Source of the DNA: an uncultured Gemmatimonadales bacterium
GTDB taxonomy: Bacteria > Gemmatimonadota > Gemmatimonadetes > Longimicrobiales > Longimicrobiaceae
Length of the DNA stretch: 64,000 nt
NCBI GenBank assembly: GCA_963716255.1
Contig: OY970303.1
Location: forward strand, 7,328,001 to 7,392,000
Direction: 5' to 3'
Shown here: piece by piece, positions 19,801-28,506 of the stretch
How positions within the stretch are numbered: the first letter of the stretch is position 1
Layout of the letters: each line of letters opens with the position of its first letter
Made by a program: the position numbers and the translations under genes
The notes under the pieces: model-generated
The model's database searches: none
Told to the model about the DNA's origin: nothing
The model's input: the letters and a program-made list of their open reading frames with translations, nothing else

Positions 19801-22800
19801 AGGGGGGATCGCGCTGGGGGTGGCCGCGTACGCGGCGTGGGACGGCGCGGCCGCCCCGCCCTGGCCGCTCGCGGCGGCGGCGGGGCCGCTGCTGGTGCTC
19901 TGGCTGGCCTCGCCTGCGATCGCCCACGCCCTCAGCGCCCCCGCGGTCCCCGGGCGGCGGCGCCTCCCCGCCGCCCAGCGCGACCAGGCCATGCGCTACG
20001 CGCTGCTCCACTGGCGCTACTTCGACCGGTTCGTGGGCGAGGCCACGCACTGGCTGGTCCCGGACAACTTCCAGGAGGACCCGGCCCCGGTGGTGGCGAT
20101 GCGCACCTCGCCCACCAACGTGGGCATGCAGCTCCTGGCCATCGGGAGCGCGCACGACCTGGGGTTCGTCACCGCGGCGGACATGGCGCGGCGGCTGGAG
20201 CTCGCCTTCCGCTCGCTGGAGGGGATGCGCCGCTTCCGCGGCCACTTCTTCAACTGGTACGACCTGCACGACCTGCGGGTGCTGGAGCCGGCGTACGTGT
20301 CCACCGTGGACAGCGGCAACCTGGCCGGCCACCTCCTGGCCGTGAGGCAGGCGTGCCTTGCCGCCCGCGGGGCGCCCGCCTCCGACGCCCGCGTCCGCGC
20401 GGCGCTGCGGACCGCGCTGGGGGTGGCGGGCGAGCGGCTGCGGGGGCTCGCCGCCGCCCCCCCGGCGGAGGGGCCGGGGGCGCCCGCCGTGGAAGCGGCG
20501 GCGGAGGAGCTGCGGCTGGCGCGCGCGGCGCTGGCCGGCGCGCCGCTCGCCGCGGTCGCCGCCCGGCTGCGGGGCGCGCTCGCCGCGCTCGGGCACGCCC
20601 GGCTCGCGGCGGACGCGGCCGGGCCGGCGGAGGAGTGGATCGCCTGGGGCGCCCGCAGGATCGAGGAGCACCTGGCGGAGGCGCCCGCGGACGCGGCCGC
20701 CACGGCGGCCCGCCTGGACGCGCTCGCCGCGCGCGCCGACCGCTACGTGGCGGAGATGGACTTCGGCTTCCTCTTCGACGCGTCGCGGGAGCTGTTCTCC
20801 ATCGGCTGGCAGCACGCCGCCCAGTCGCTGGACGCGTCGTACTACGACCTGCTCGCCTCCGAGTCGCGCCTGGCGAGCTTCGTCGCCATCGCCAAGAAGG
20901 AGGTCCCGGTGGACCACTGGTTCCGCCTGGGCCGCTCGCTGACGCACGCGGCGGGGGCAACGGCGCTGGTCTCCTGGAGCGGGAGCATGTTCGAGTACCT
21001 GATGCCGGCGCTGGTGATGCGCCCGCTCCCCTTCACCGTGCTGGACCAGACGTACCGCGGCGCCGTGCGCAGGCAGGTGGCCTACGGGGCCGAGCGCGGG
21101 GTGCCCTGGGGGGTGAGCGAGAGCGCCTACAACCTCCGCGACCGCCACCTCACCTACCAGTACCGGGCCTTCGGCGTCCCCGACCTGGCGCTCAAGCGCC
21201 GGCTGGGCTCCGACCTGGTGATCGCCCCGTACGCCTCCGCGCTGGCGGTCATGGTGGACCCGCAGCGCGCCCTCGCCAACCTGGCCGCCCTGGAAAAGAA
21301 GGGCGCGCTGGGGCCGTACGGCTTCCGCGACGCCCTGGACTACACCCGCCCCGAGCCGGGCGCGCGCTACGCCGTGGTGGGCAACTACATGGCGCACCAC
21401 GTGGGGATGGGGCTGGTGGCGCTGGCCAACGCGCTCCACGAGAACGCCTGGCAGGAGCGCTTCCACGCCGACCCGCTGGTCCGCTCGGCGGAGCTGCTTC
21501 TTCACGAGCGCATCCCGCGCCGCCTGGTGCACCAGGAGGCGCAGGCAACGCGCGCCGACGAAGCGCTCCCCGACCCGGAGACCGAGAGCCCCGCGGTGCG
21601 CGAGTTCGACCGGACGGACACGCCGCGGCCGCACGTGGGGCTCCTGGGCCGCGCCCCGTACACCGTGATGGTGAGCCACTGCGGGGCCGGATACAGCCGC
21701 TACGAGGAGCTGGCGGTGACCCGCTGGAGGGCGGACGGGACGACCGACTCCACCGGGCAGTTCTGCTACGTCAAGGACGTCACGCGGGGCCGCGCCTGGT
21801 CCGCCGCGCACCAGCCGGTGTGCGCCCCCGCCGACTGGTACCGTGCGCTCCTGGCCACCGACCGGGTGACCTTCCACCGCTCCGACGGCGGCATCGAGAC
21901 GCGCACCGAGATCGCGGTGGTCCCGGAGGACGCGGCGGAGGTCCGCTGCGTGACCCTCACCAACCGCGGCGACGAGCCCCGCGAGGTCGAGCTGACGAGC
22001 TACGGGGAGATCGTGCTGGGCCCGCCGGACGCCGACCGCGCCCACCCCGCGTTCGCCAACCTGTTCGTCCAGACCGAGTGGCACGAGTGGTGTACGGCGA
22101 TCACCGCCACCCGCCGGCCGCGCTCGGCGGCGGAGCCGTCGCTCTGGTGCGTGCACGTGGTGGACGCGGGCGCGGACCGCGTGGGGACGGTGAGCTGCGA
22201 GACGGACCGCGCCCGCTTCCTGGGCCGGGGGGGGAGCACCCGTGACCCCGTCTCGCTCGCCCAGGACGGGCCGCTCTCCGGCACCACCGGCGCGGTGCTC
22301 GACCCGGTCTTCGCCCTGCGCGCGCGGGTGCGGCTTGCGCCCGGGCAATCCGCGACGGTGGCGTTCACCACGCTGGTGGCCGCCACGCGGGAGCGCGCCT
22401 TCGAGCTCGCCAGCCGCTACCACGACCCGCACGCGGCGCAGCGGGCGCTCGACCTGGCCTGGACCTCCCAGCAGGTGGAGCTGCGCGAGCTCGGCCTGAC
22501 CCCGGCCGACGCCGCCGTCTTCCAGGAGCTCGCCGCCTACCTCCTGTACCCCCACCCGGAGCTGCGCGCGCCGCAGGAGGAGCTGCGCGCCAACCGGGGC
22601 TCGCAGCCGCTGCTCTGGGCGCACGGCGTTTCCGGAGACTGGCCGATCATCGTCGCGGCCATCGACTCCGCCGAGGGGCTGCCGACGCTGCGGCAGCTCT
22701 TCGCCGCGCACCACTACTGGCGCCGCCGCGGGGTGACGGCGGACCTGGTCATCCTCAACGCCCAGCCCTCCTCGTCGTACCTCCAGGAGCTCCACGAGCG

Positions 22801-25609
22801 GATCCTGGAGGCCATGTTCGCCTCCAACGACACGGAGATGGACCGCCCCGGGGGCGTGTTCATCCGCCGGAGCGACCAGCTCGACGCCGACGCCCTGCTC
22901 ATGCTGCGGGCCACCGCGCGCCTCGTCCTGCGCTGCGACGGGCGCCCGCTCGACCACTTCCTGGAGGTGGGAGCCGCGCGCGGGGCGGCCGAGCCGGGCG
23001 ATCCCGGCCCCTCCGGGTCCCTGCCGCGGACGCTGGAGCAGCATTCGCCCGCGGCCTCGCTCGCCGGGCGGCGCGTGCGGACGCACCCGGCCGGCGAGGC
23101 CGCGCCCGTCCACGCCGCGGCTTCCCGCGCGGCGGCCCGGGTGCCCGCGCGGGACGGGGCGCCGCTCCCGGCGGAGTCCGCCGGGGCCCCGCTCCTCTTC
23201 GACAACGGCTTCGGCGGGCTGACCCCCTCCGGCGAATACCAGGTGCGCGTCCGCGGCGGCCGGGTCCCGCCTGCGCCGTGGGTGAACGTCGTCGCAAACC
23301 CGCACGGCGGCTTCGTGGTCAGCGAGCGCGGCGCCGGCTTCACCTGGGCCGGGAACAGCTACTTCTTCCGCCTCACCCCCTGGCACAACGACCCGGTGGG
23401 CGACCCCGCCACCGAAGCCCTCTACCTGCGCGACGAGGCGTCGGGCGAGCTGTGGAGCGCCACGCCGGCCCCGGTGCGCACCGACCTCGGCTACACGGTC
23501 CGCCACGGCGCGGGCTCCACCGTCTTCGAGTGCGAGCACGCCGGCATCGCCACCCGCCTCACCCTGGCGATGGCCGACGGCGAAGCGGTCAAGCTGTCCG
23601 TGCTGCGGGTCGAGAACCGCGGCGCGGACCCGCGCCGCATCGGGGTGACGGCGTACGTGGAGTGGACGCTGGGAGTCCTGCGCGAGCACACGCAGCACCA
23701 GGTGGTCACCCGCTTCCACGCGGAGGCGGGGGCCGTCCTGGCGCAGAACTCCTTCGATCCCCAGTTCGCCGGCCGGGTGGCGTTCTGCGCGCTGAGCGAG
23801 CCGGTCGCCGGCCACACGGCCGACCGGCGCGAGTTCATCGGCCGCAACGGCAGCCTGGAGGACCCGGACGCGCTGCGGGCGGGCCCCCTCGCCGGGACCA
23901 CGGGAGCGGGCCGGGACCCGTGCGCCGCGCTGCAGTGCGTGCTGGAGCTGGCGCCCGGGCAGAGCCGGGAGCTCGCCGTGCTCCTGGGCGCCGCCGAGGG
24001 GGAAGCGGAGGCGCTGCGCGCCGTCGCCCGGTACCGCGCCCCGGGCGCCGCCGCGGCCGCCGCGGCGCGCAGCGTGGACGCGTGGGCCCGGCGCCTCTCC
24101 GTCGTCACGGTGAAGACGCCGGAGCCGTCGTTCGACGCCATGCTCAACCGCTGGACGCTGTACCAGGCGCTCGCCTGCCGCATGTGGGCGCGCTCCGCGC
24201 TGTACCAGAGCAGCGGGGCGTACGGCTTCCGCGACCAGCTCCAGGACGTGCTCGCCTTCGTGTACGCCGAGCCCGCCCTGGCGCGCGAGCACGTGCTGCG
24301 CGCCGCGGCCCGGCAGTTCGTGGAGGGCGACGTGCAGCACTGGTGGCACCCGCAGAGCGGGCGGGGCGTGCGGACCCGCTTCTCCGACGACCTGGCCTGG
24401 CTCCCCTACGTCGTGGACCGGTACGTGGAGGTCACGGGCGACGCCGCCGTGCTGGACGAGCCGGTGCCCTTCCTGGAGATGCGCCCGCTGGAGCCGCACG
24501 AGCACGAGGTGTACGACCTCCCCCGCGTGGCCGACGAGCACGCGTCCGTGTACGAGCACTGCCTGCGCGCGCTGCGGAAGGCGTGCACCGCGGGCGCGCA
24601 CGGGCTCCCCCTCATCGGGACCGGCGACTGGAACGACGGGATGAGCCGCGTGGGGGTGGAGGGGCGCGGGGAAAGCGTGTGGCTCGCCTGGTTCCTGGTG
24701 GCCACGCTGCGCGCCTTCACCGTCCGCGCGGCGGAGCGCGGCGACGCCGGGGTGGCGGCGGACTTCCGGTCGCGCGCCGACGCGTACGCCGCGGCCGTGG
24801 AGGCGCACGGGTGGGACGGCGAGTGGTACCGCCGCGCCTTCTTCGACGACGGCACGCCGCTCGGCACCGCCGCGGGCGACGAGTGCCGCATCGACTCCAT
24901 CGCGCAGAGCTGGAGCGTCATCTCCGGCGCCGGCGACCCGGAGCGGCGGGAGCGGGCCATGCGCTCCTTCGAGGAGCACCTGGTGCGCCCCGGCGACCGC
25001 CTCCTGGTGCTGCTCACCCCGCCCTTCGACCGGACGCCGCACGACCCCGGCTACATCAAGGGATACCTGCCGGGGGTGCGGGAGAACGGGGCGCAGTACA
25101 CGCACGCGTCGCTCTGGGCGGTGCTCGCCACCGCCCTGCGCGGCGAGGGGGACCGCGCCTTCGAGCTGTACCAGATGCTCAACCCGCTCACCCACGCCGC
25201 CACGCCGGAAGGCGTGGAGCGCTACCGGGTGGAGCCGTACGTGGTGGCCGCGGACGTGTACACGGCCCCGGGGCAGGTGGGGCGCGGGGGGTGGACGTGG
25301 TACACGGGATCCGCGAGCTGGATGTACCGGGTGGGGCTGGAAGCCGTCCTGGGCTTCACCCGGCGCGGCGACACGCTCCGCATGCTTCCCTGCGTGCCGG
25401 CGGCGTGGGGGGAGTTCTCCATCGAGTACCGGTTCGGCGGGGCGGTCTACGCGATCACGGTGCTCGACCCGGGGGCGATCCGGGATGGGGCGGCGGAGGT
25501 GAGGCTGGACGGGCGGGTCCTGGAGGGGGCGGAGATCCCGCTCCTGGACGACGGGGCACGGCACGAGGTCGTGGTGAGGCCTGTTTTCTCAAAGCCAACA
25601 ACGGCTTGA
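16898..25609 (+). CDS. ndvB: Cyclic beta-1,2-glucan synthase (Cgs/NdvB/ChvB; GT84 plus C-terminal GH94-like phosphorylase)
   Basis: EWLLDNF, WMGWERKRGKL, YVITLDADT, LLSHDLIEG, HRWIRGDWQ, PDNFQE, RTSPTN, YDLLASESRL, SWSGSMFEYLMP, YQSSGAYGFRDQLQD, GDWNDG, RENGAQYTH, GGWTWYTGSA; 2903 aa. Confidence 0.95.
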   Translation: MPDDGSTLAPLRFLSRLSARPGTGRDELLSGPIRGELLGADQLADRARAVAGRQRLATPGTGRGEAPLLARLSETRRILDATHDRLAAGADRDVDVGPAGEWLLDNFHVVREHIREVRETLPRGYYRELPELAGGHLAGYPRVYELAITLISHSEGRVDAENLDRFVEAFQGVAPLAIGELWALPAMLRLALIESVRRMALRTVQRMDEIERADAWAARIEDASGRGELALGGALDAFVDAPPPLTAVFVSRFLHQLRLSRGSYPPLAQIEQWIGDRAMGAEDATARSTQHLAHTQVMMAHSITSLRAIAHLDWQAFVERQSAMEAVLRGDPAGFYPRMTFATRDRYRHVVERIARRTGLAEEAVAAAAVERARAGGEDGDGSGPPLRSHVGWHLVDEGVAALEAATGYRSRPGEALHRLVLRHPNLVFAGGAAAGTLAALAAVLWLAGPQARAAWPLVLLLALVPAGDIAINVVNQLVTAFLPPRTLPKLDLRVKGGIPAEFRTAVVVPTLFGSEEAVHEALDHLEVQFLANRESHLHFAVLSDFTDAPAEALPGDAAILRAAVDGVRALNARYAEGAEDAFYLFHRARRWNPRQGVWMGWERKRGKLAEFNRFLRGGAGDAFAAVVGDVAPLRGVRYVITLDADTVLPPDAAPELVGALAHPLNRAVYDAERGHVVRGYGILQPRVGVSLPSAHGSRFAAIHSGHPGVDPYTTAVSDVYQDLYGEGSFTGKGIYDVDAFERATHGRFPENTLLSHDLIEGSYARAGLATEISVYDDYPARYLTHARRKHRWIRGDWQLLRWLTPRVPGPDGPERNRLPFLARWKILDNLRRSTVEIGQLAFLVAGWTVLPGSPLRWTALGLAAVAAPWIVSLLLAALRPPLDKSWRAFYAAVGRDAATSAQQVALAVTFLPHQAWVSADAVVRTLWRLFVTRRSLLEWQTASGAERSVTGSAAGAWRAMAPALAAVGGIALGVAAYAAWDGAAAPPWPLAAAAGPLLVLWLASPAIAHALSAPAVPGRRRLPAAQRDQAMRYALLHWRYFDRFVGEATHWLVPDNFQEDPAPVVAMRTSPTNVGMQLLAIGSAHDLGFVTAADMARRLELAFRSLEGMRRFRGHFFNWYDLHDLRVLEPAYVSTVDSGNLAGHLLAVRQACLAARGAPASDARVRAALRTALGVAGERLRGLAAAPPAEGPGAPAVEAAAEELRLARAALAGAPLAAVAARLRGALAALGHARLAADAAGPAEEWIAWGARRIEEHLAEAPADAAATAARLDALAARADRYVAEMDFGFLFDASRELFSIGWQHAAQSLDASYYDLLASESRLASFVAIAKKEVPVDHWFRLGRSLTHAAGATALVSWSGSMFEYLMPALVMRPLPFTVLDQTYRGAVRRQVAYGAERGVPWGVSESAYNLRDRHLTYQYRAFGVPDLALKRRLGSDLVIAPYASALAVMVDPQRALANLAALEKKGALGPYGFRDALDYTRPEPGARYAVVGNYMAHHVGMGLVALANALHENAWQERFHADPLVRSAELLLHERIPRRLVHQEAQATRADEALPDPETESPAVREFDRTDTPRPHVGLLGRAPYTVMVSHCGAGYSRYEELAVTRWRADGTTDSTGQFCYVKDVTRGRAWSAAHQPVCAPADWYRALLATDRVTFHRSDGGIETRTEIAVVPEDAAEVRCVTLTNRGDEPREVELTSYGEIVLGPPDADRAHPAFANLFVQTEWHEWCTAITATRRPRSAAEPSLWCVHVVDAGADRVGTVSCETDRARFLGRGGSTRDPVSLAQDGPLSGTTGAVLDPVFALRARVRLAPGQSATVAFTTLVAATRERAFELASRYHDPHAAQRALDLAWTSQQVELRELGLTPADAAVFQELAAYLLYPHPELRAPQEELRANRGSQPLLWAHGVSGDWPIIVAAIDSAEGLPTLRQLFAAHHYWRRRGVTADLVILNAQPSSSYLQELHERILEAMFASNDTEMDRPGGVFIRRSDQLDADALLMLRATARLVLRCDGRPLDHFLEVGAARGAAEPGDPGPSGSLPRTLEQHSPAASLAGRRVRTHPAGEAAPVHAAASRAAARVPARDGAPLPAESAGAPLLFDNGFGGLTPSGEYQVRVRGGRVPPAPWVNVVANPHGGFVVSERGAGFTWAGNSYFFRLTPWHNDPVGDPATEALYLRDEASGELWSATPAPVRTDLGYTVRHGAGSTVFECEHAGIATRLTLAMADGEAVKLSVLRVENRGADPRRIGVTAYVEWTLGVLREHTQHQVVTRFHAEAGAVLAQNSFDPQFAGRVAFCALSEPVAGHTADRREFIGRNGSLEDPDALRAGPLAGTTGAGRDPCAALQCVLELAPGQSRELAVLLGAAEGEAEALRAVARYRAPGAAAAAAARSVDAWARRLSVVTVKTPEPSFDAMLNRWTLYQALACRMWARSALYQSSGAYGFRDQLQDVLAFVYAEPALAREHVLRAAARQFVEGDVQHWWHPQSGRGVRTRFSDDLAWLPYVVDRYVEVTGDAAVLDEPVPFLEMRPLEPHEHEVYDLPRVADEHASVYEHCLRALRKACTAGAHGLPLIGTGDWNDGMSRVGVEGRGESVWLAWFLVATLRAFTVRAAERGDAGVAADFRSRADAYAAAVEAHGWDGEWYRRAFFDDGTPLGTAAGDECRIDSIAQSWSVISGAGDPERRERAMRSFEEHLVRPGDRLLVLLTPPFDRTPHDPGYIKGYLPGVRENGAQYTHASLWAVLATALRGEGDRAFELYQMLNPLTHAATPEGVERYRVEPYVVAADVYTAPGQVGRGGWTWYTGSASWMYRVGLEAVLGFTRRGDTLRMLPCVPAAWGEFSIEYRFGGAVYAITVLDPGAIRDGAAEVRLDGRVLEGAEIPLLDDGARHEVVVRPVFSKPTTA

Positions 25610-25621
25610 ACTGCCGGTTTT

Positions 25622-25755
25622 GGGCGTGCCCCCGGCTGGCGCCGGGGTCGGGCTTCGGCTCCGTAGGGCTGCAAACGACGCAGCCCAACGGAGTCGAGAC
25701 CCGGCGGAAACAGCCCCGCCGGGTCTCGCCCCTTCGGGCCGAAATCCCTCACGCG
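25622..25755 (+). repeat. Structured intergenic repeat, full copy 1 (candidate ncRNA or REP-like element)
   Basis: GGGCGTGCCCCCGG...GGGGTCGGGCTTCGGCTCCGT-stem-ACGGAGTCGAG-stem-CTCGCCCCTTCGGGCCGAAATCCCTCACGCG; five full copies in the window. Confidence 0.9.
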
Positions 25756-25785
25756 GGGCTGGCGCTGGCGTCCGCAGGTTCGGGC

Positions 25786-25981
25786 CCCCTCACCCCCCGG
25801 CCCCCTCTCCCCCGCAAGCGGGGGAAAGGGGGAGCATCGCAGCGACACACCGGAAGGCGAGGGTCAGGAAGCCCTCCCCCAGAATTGGGGGAGGGTGGCG
25901 AGCCTCAAGCGAGCCGGGTGGGGGCCGTTTGTCGTGCTCCCCCTCTCCCAGCATTGGGAGAGGGGGCCGGGGGGTGAGGGC
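25786..25981. repeat. Cluster of REP-like C/G-tract palindromes (CCCCTCACCCCCCGGCCCCCTCTCCC...GGG) including an inverted copy
   Basis: Unit at 25786-25834, hairpin CCCTCCCCCAGAATTGGGGGAGGG at ~25872, inverted unit at 25937-25981; the unit recurs at 42654, 47709 (inverted, partial) and 62958. Confidence 0.85.
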
Positions 25982-25995
25982 CGCCGTGCACTCTC

Positions 25996-26304
25996 TCAGG
26001 GCGGCGCCGGCAGGACGCCCTCTCCGGTGTGGGCCGCGGCCGCGGCGAGCTGGGCGACCGCCTGGTCCACCGCCGCCCCGCGCTCCCCGTCCGGCAGGAC
26101 GTGCGACGCGGCCAGCTCGCGGAGCGCCGCCGTGAAGCAGTCCGCGATCTCCAGGTTCCGGACGTAGCCGAAGCCGTGCAGCCGCCGGCCCAGGCCGTCG
26201 ATGCGGGCTTCCGCGCGGTTGAGCAGCGTGTGCGACGGGGCGTTCTCACGCAGCCCGGCCGCGACGTCGCGGATCGCTTCTCCAAAGGCCGGCGGTCCGT
26301 CCAT
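25996..26304 (-). CDS. Hypothetical protein (102 aa, helical)
   Basis: AGGAG before the ATG; host-like codon usage. Confidence 0.65.
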   Translation of the reverse strand: MDGPPAFGEAIRDVAAGLRENAPSHTLLNRAEARIDGLGRRLHGFGYVRNLEIADCFTAALRELAASHVLPDGERGAAVDQAVAQLAAAAAHTGEGVLPAPP

Positions 26305-26443
26305 GCGCTCGCTCCTGCGGTGGGGGATGGCGCGGAGGCCGGCCGGAGCCGCCGCCGGCGGGTGTCGCTACCCGGGGTCGTTGCCGTTAGCTTCCGCGTG
26401 TGCCCCTGTCGGGGCCACTGCCGGTCCTCCGTCGGAGACAGTC

Positions 26444-26683
26444 ATGGCAAGCTCCTTCTCGATCACCAGCTCCCACGTCACCTCCACCTCCGAGCCGGCG
26501 CTGCTGGAGGAGATCCGCGCGCACACCGGGTGCGAGGAGCAGGCCTCCAGCATCCTGCGGGGGATCGAGCGCCTCAGCGGCGATGCCTCCATCCGCCAGT
26601 TCGACATGACGCCGACCACCAACCGCCGCGCCTACCGCGGCGCCCCGCCGGTGTCCTGGAGCGTGCGCGCCATCCGCGCGTAG
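26444..26683 (+). CDS. Hypothetical protein (79 aa)
   Basis: GGAG before the ATG at 26444; strong GC3 bias. Confidence 0.65.
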   Translation: MASSFSITSSHVTSTSEPALLEEIRAHTGCEEQASSILRGIERLSGDASIRQFDMTPTTNRRAYRGAPPVSWSVRAIRA

Positions 26684-26710
26684 CCGCCGGCCCTTCGCCC
26701 CGGCCCGCGC

Positions 26711-28246
26711 TCACGCCGGGAGGGGCGGGATCTCCGCGGCGTGCGGCGTGTCCGGCGCGGCCTTGCGGCGGGGCTCCCCCCTGCGCCCCCGCACCCGCTT
26801 CTCGCGCCTGGAAAGCTGCGCCGTTTCCCCGGCGTCCGGGGCCGCCGGCTCCGTGGGGAGGCACGGGAGCCGCACCGTGAAGGTGCTCCCGCCTTCCGGG
26901 CCGCTCGCCAGCGCCACCTCGCCCCCCAGCCGGTCTGCGAGCTGGCGCGTGACCGCCAGCCCCAGCCCGGTTCCCCCCTGGCGGCTGGACGACTGGTCCA
27001 CCTGCCAGAACGCGTCGAACACGTGCTCGGCGTGCTCCGGGGCGATCCCCATCCCCGTGTCGCCCACCCGCAGCGACACGCACCCCGCCGCGGCCTCCAG
27101 CTCGATCCGGACCTCGCCCTCGTCGGTGAACTTCACCGCGTTCGCCGCCAGGTTGAGCACCACCTGCCGGAACTTCCCCGGGTCCGTCCGGAAGGCGACC
27201 GGCTCCGCGGGAACGTCCACGACGAGCCTCAGCCCCTTGGCGTCCGCGAGCGGCTGCACCAGCGCCGCGGCGTCCCGCACCACCCGGGCGAGGTCCACGT
27301 CGCGCAGGCGGAGCTCGGAGCGGCCGGCCTGCTGCTGCGCGAAGCCCAGGATCTCCTCGATCAGCCCCAGCAGGTGGTCGCTGGCGGCGCGGATCCGCTC
27401 CACCTGGTGCTTCTGCGCCTCGTTCAGCGGCCCCCCCACCTCCTCCGTCAGCAGGTCGGTGAACCCCTGCACCGCCGTGAGCGGCGTGCGGAACTCGTGC
27501 GAGATGGTGCCCAGGAAGGTGCTCTTCGCCCGGTCCGCCTCCTCCGCCTCGTACCGGGCCACGTTGGCCTCCTCCAGCAGCTCCTCCGCGTGCCGGGCCG
27601 TGAGCGTGGCCGCCCCGCGCGCCTCCTCGGCCACCCGGGCCGCCTCCAGCGACGCGGCGTAGAGCCGCGCGTTGTCCAGCGCCATCCCGCAGCGGCGCCC
27701 CAGGTCCTCCGCCAGCAGCAGGTCCGCGGCGTCGTAGCGGCGGCGGTCGTCGGAAACGAAGGTGATCGCGCCCAGCGTCCGCCCCCGCGCCGCCATGGGA
27801 ACCGTGAGGAACGAGCGCGCGCCCAGCTCCTGGAGAAGCAGGCGGTGCTCCTCCTCCGCGATCCCCTCCAGCACGTCGTCGTAGGCGAGCACGAACTCCG
27901 ACTCGCGCGTCCGGATCACCCGCGGCGCGCCCAGCGGGTCGTCGCGGCCCGGGGGGTGGGCGGCGTAGAAGTCGCGGGCCAGGCGCTGCTTCCCGGCGTC
28001 GGGGTGGATGACGGCGACGCGGCGGATGGCGTCGTCCGGCTCCACGACGTCCACCATGCACCAGGTGCCGAAGTGCGGGAGGGCGAGCCCCGCCCCCGTC
28101 GCGAGCGTGGTCTCGAAGTCGAGCGAGTCCGCCAGGCAGCGGCTGGTCTCCGCCAGGAAGGCGAAGCGGCCGCGGACGTCCGGGGAAGGATCGGCCTGCG
28201 GGGGATGCGCGGCGGTCTGCGCGGCGTCCGGGCTGGGCTGGCTCAT
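26711..28246 (-). CDS. GAF-domain histidine kinase
   Basis: FLAETSRCLADSLDFETTL...VPMAARGRTLGAITF...ALDNARLY (GAF); [21 protein letters not shown]. Confidence 0.92.
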   Translation of the reverse strand: MSQPSPDAAQTAAHPPQADPSPDVRGRFAFLAETSRCLADSLDFETTLATGAGLALPHFGTWCMVDVVEPDDAIRRVAVIHPDAGKQRLARDFYAAHPPGRDDPLGAPRVIRTRESEFVLAYDDVLEGIAEEEHRLLLQELGARSFLTVPMAARGRTLGAITFVSDDRRRYDAADLLLAEDLGRRCGMALDNARLYAASLEAARVAEEARGAATLTARHAEELLEEANVARYEAEEADRAKSTFLGTISHEFRTPLTAVQGFTDLLTEEVGGPLNEAQKHQVERIRAASDHLLGLIEEILGFAQQQAGRSELRLRDVDLARVVRDAAALVQPLADAKGLRLVVDVPAEPVAFRTDPGKFRQVVLNLAANAVKFTDEGEVRIELEAAAGCVSLRVGDTGMGIAPEHAEHVFDAFWQVDQSSSRQGGTGLGLAVTRQLADRLGGEVALASGPEGGSTFTVRLPCLPTEPAAPDAGETAQLSRREKRVRGRRGEPRRKAAPDTPHAAEIPPLPA

Positions 28247-28506
28247 CGGGGTCCTTCGCGCGGGGGAACTCGGCCGTGGCTCGCCCGCGGAGGAGTACGT
28301 GCAATCTAACCTGTTGGGGGAGAATAAACTACGAAAATCACATGACGGGACGCCCGGACGTGCTCCTCGGCGGGGCGCTCGGACAGTGCGGGTCCACCGC
28401 GGGCCCGAGGCGCGGGAGGTTCGAATCCTGCTGGACCCGGCGCGTCGTGAACCCTGCCGCCGCCGCGAGAGCCGCGCGGCGCGGCTCCACCCGGGGGAGC
28501 GGGACG

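Noticed and set aside
16919..25564. 2881-aa minus-strand ORF and other long antisense or alternative-frame ORFs (e.g. 7772-10957, 10531-13461, 17200-22245, 32151-35477, 37817-40576)
   Set aside because: Shadow frames of real high-GC genes; Arg/Gly/Pro-rich with no recognisable motifs.
25447..26135. Small ORFs containing GVPPAGAGVGLRLRR or PLTPRPPLPRKRGKGG (also near 32001-32364, 42210-42560, 62731-63102)
   Set aside because: Translations of the non-coding repeats; the same text recurs at each copy in different frames.
26444..26683. Ser/Thr-rich 79-aa protein as the linaridin precursor
   Set aside because: It is over 3 kb from the LinL/LinG-like pair, separated by unrelated genes, and its Ser/Thr stretch is N-terminal rather than a C-terminal core.
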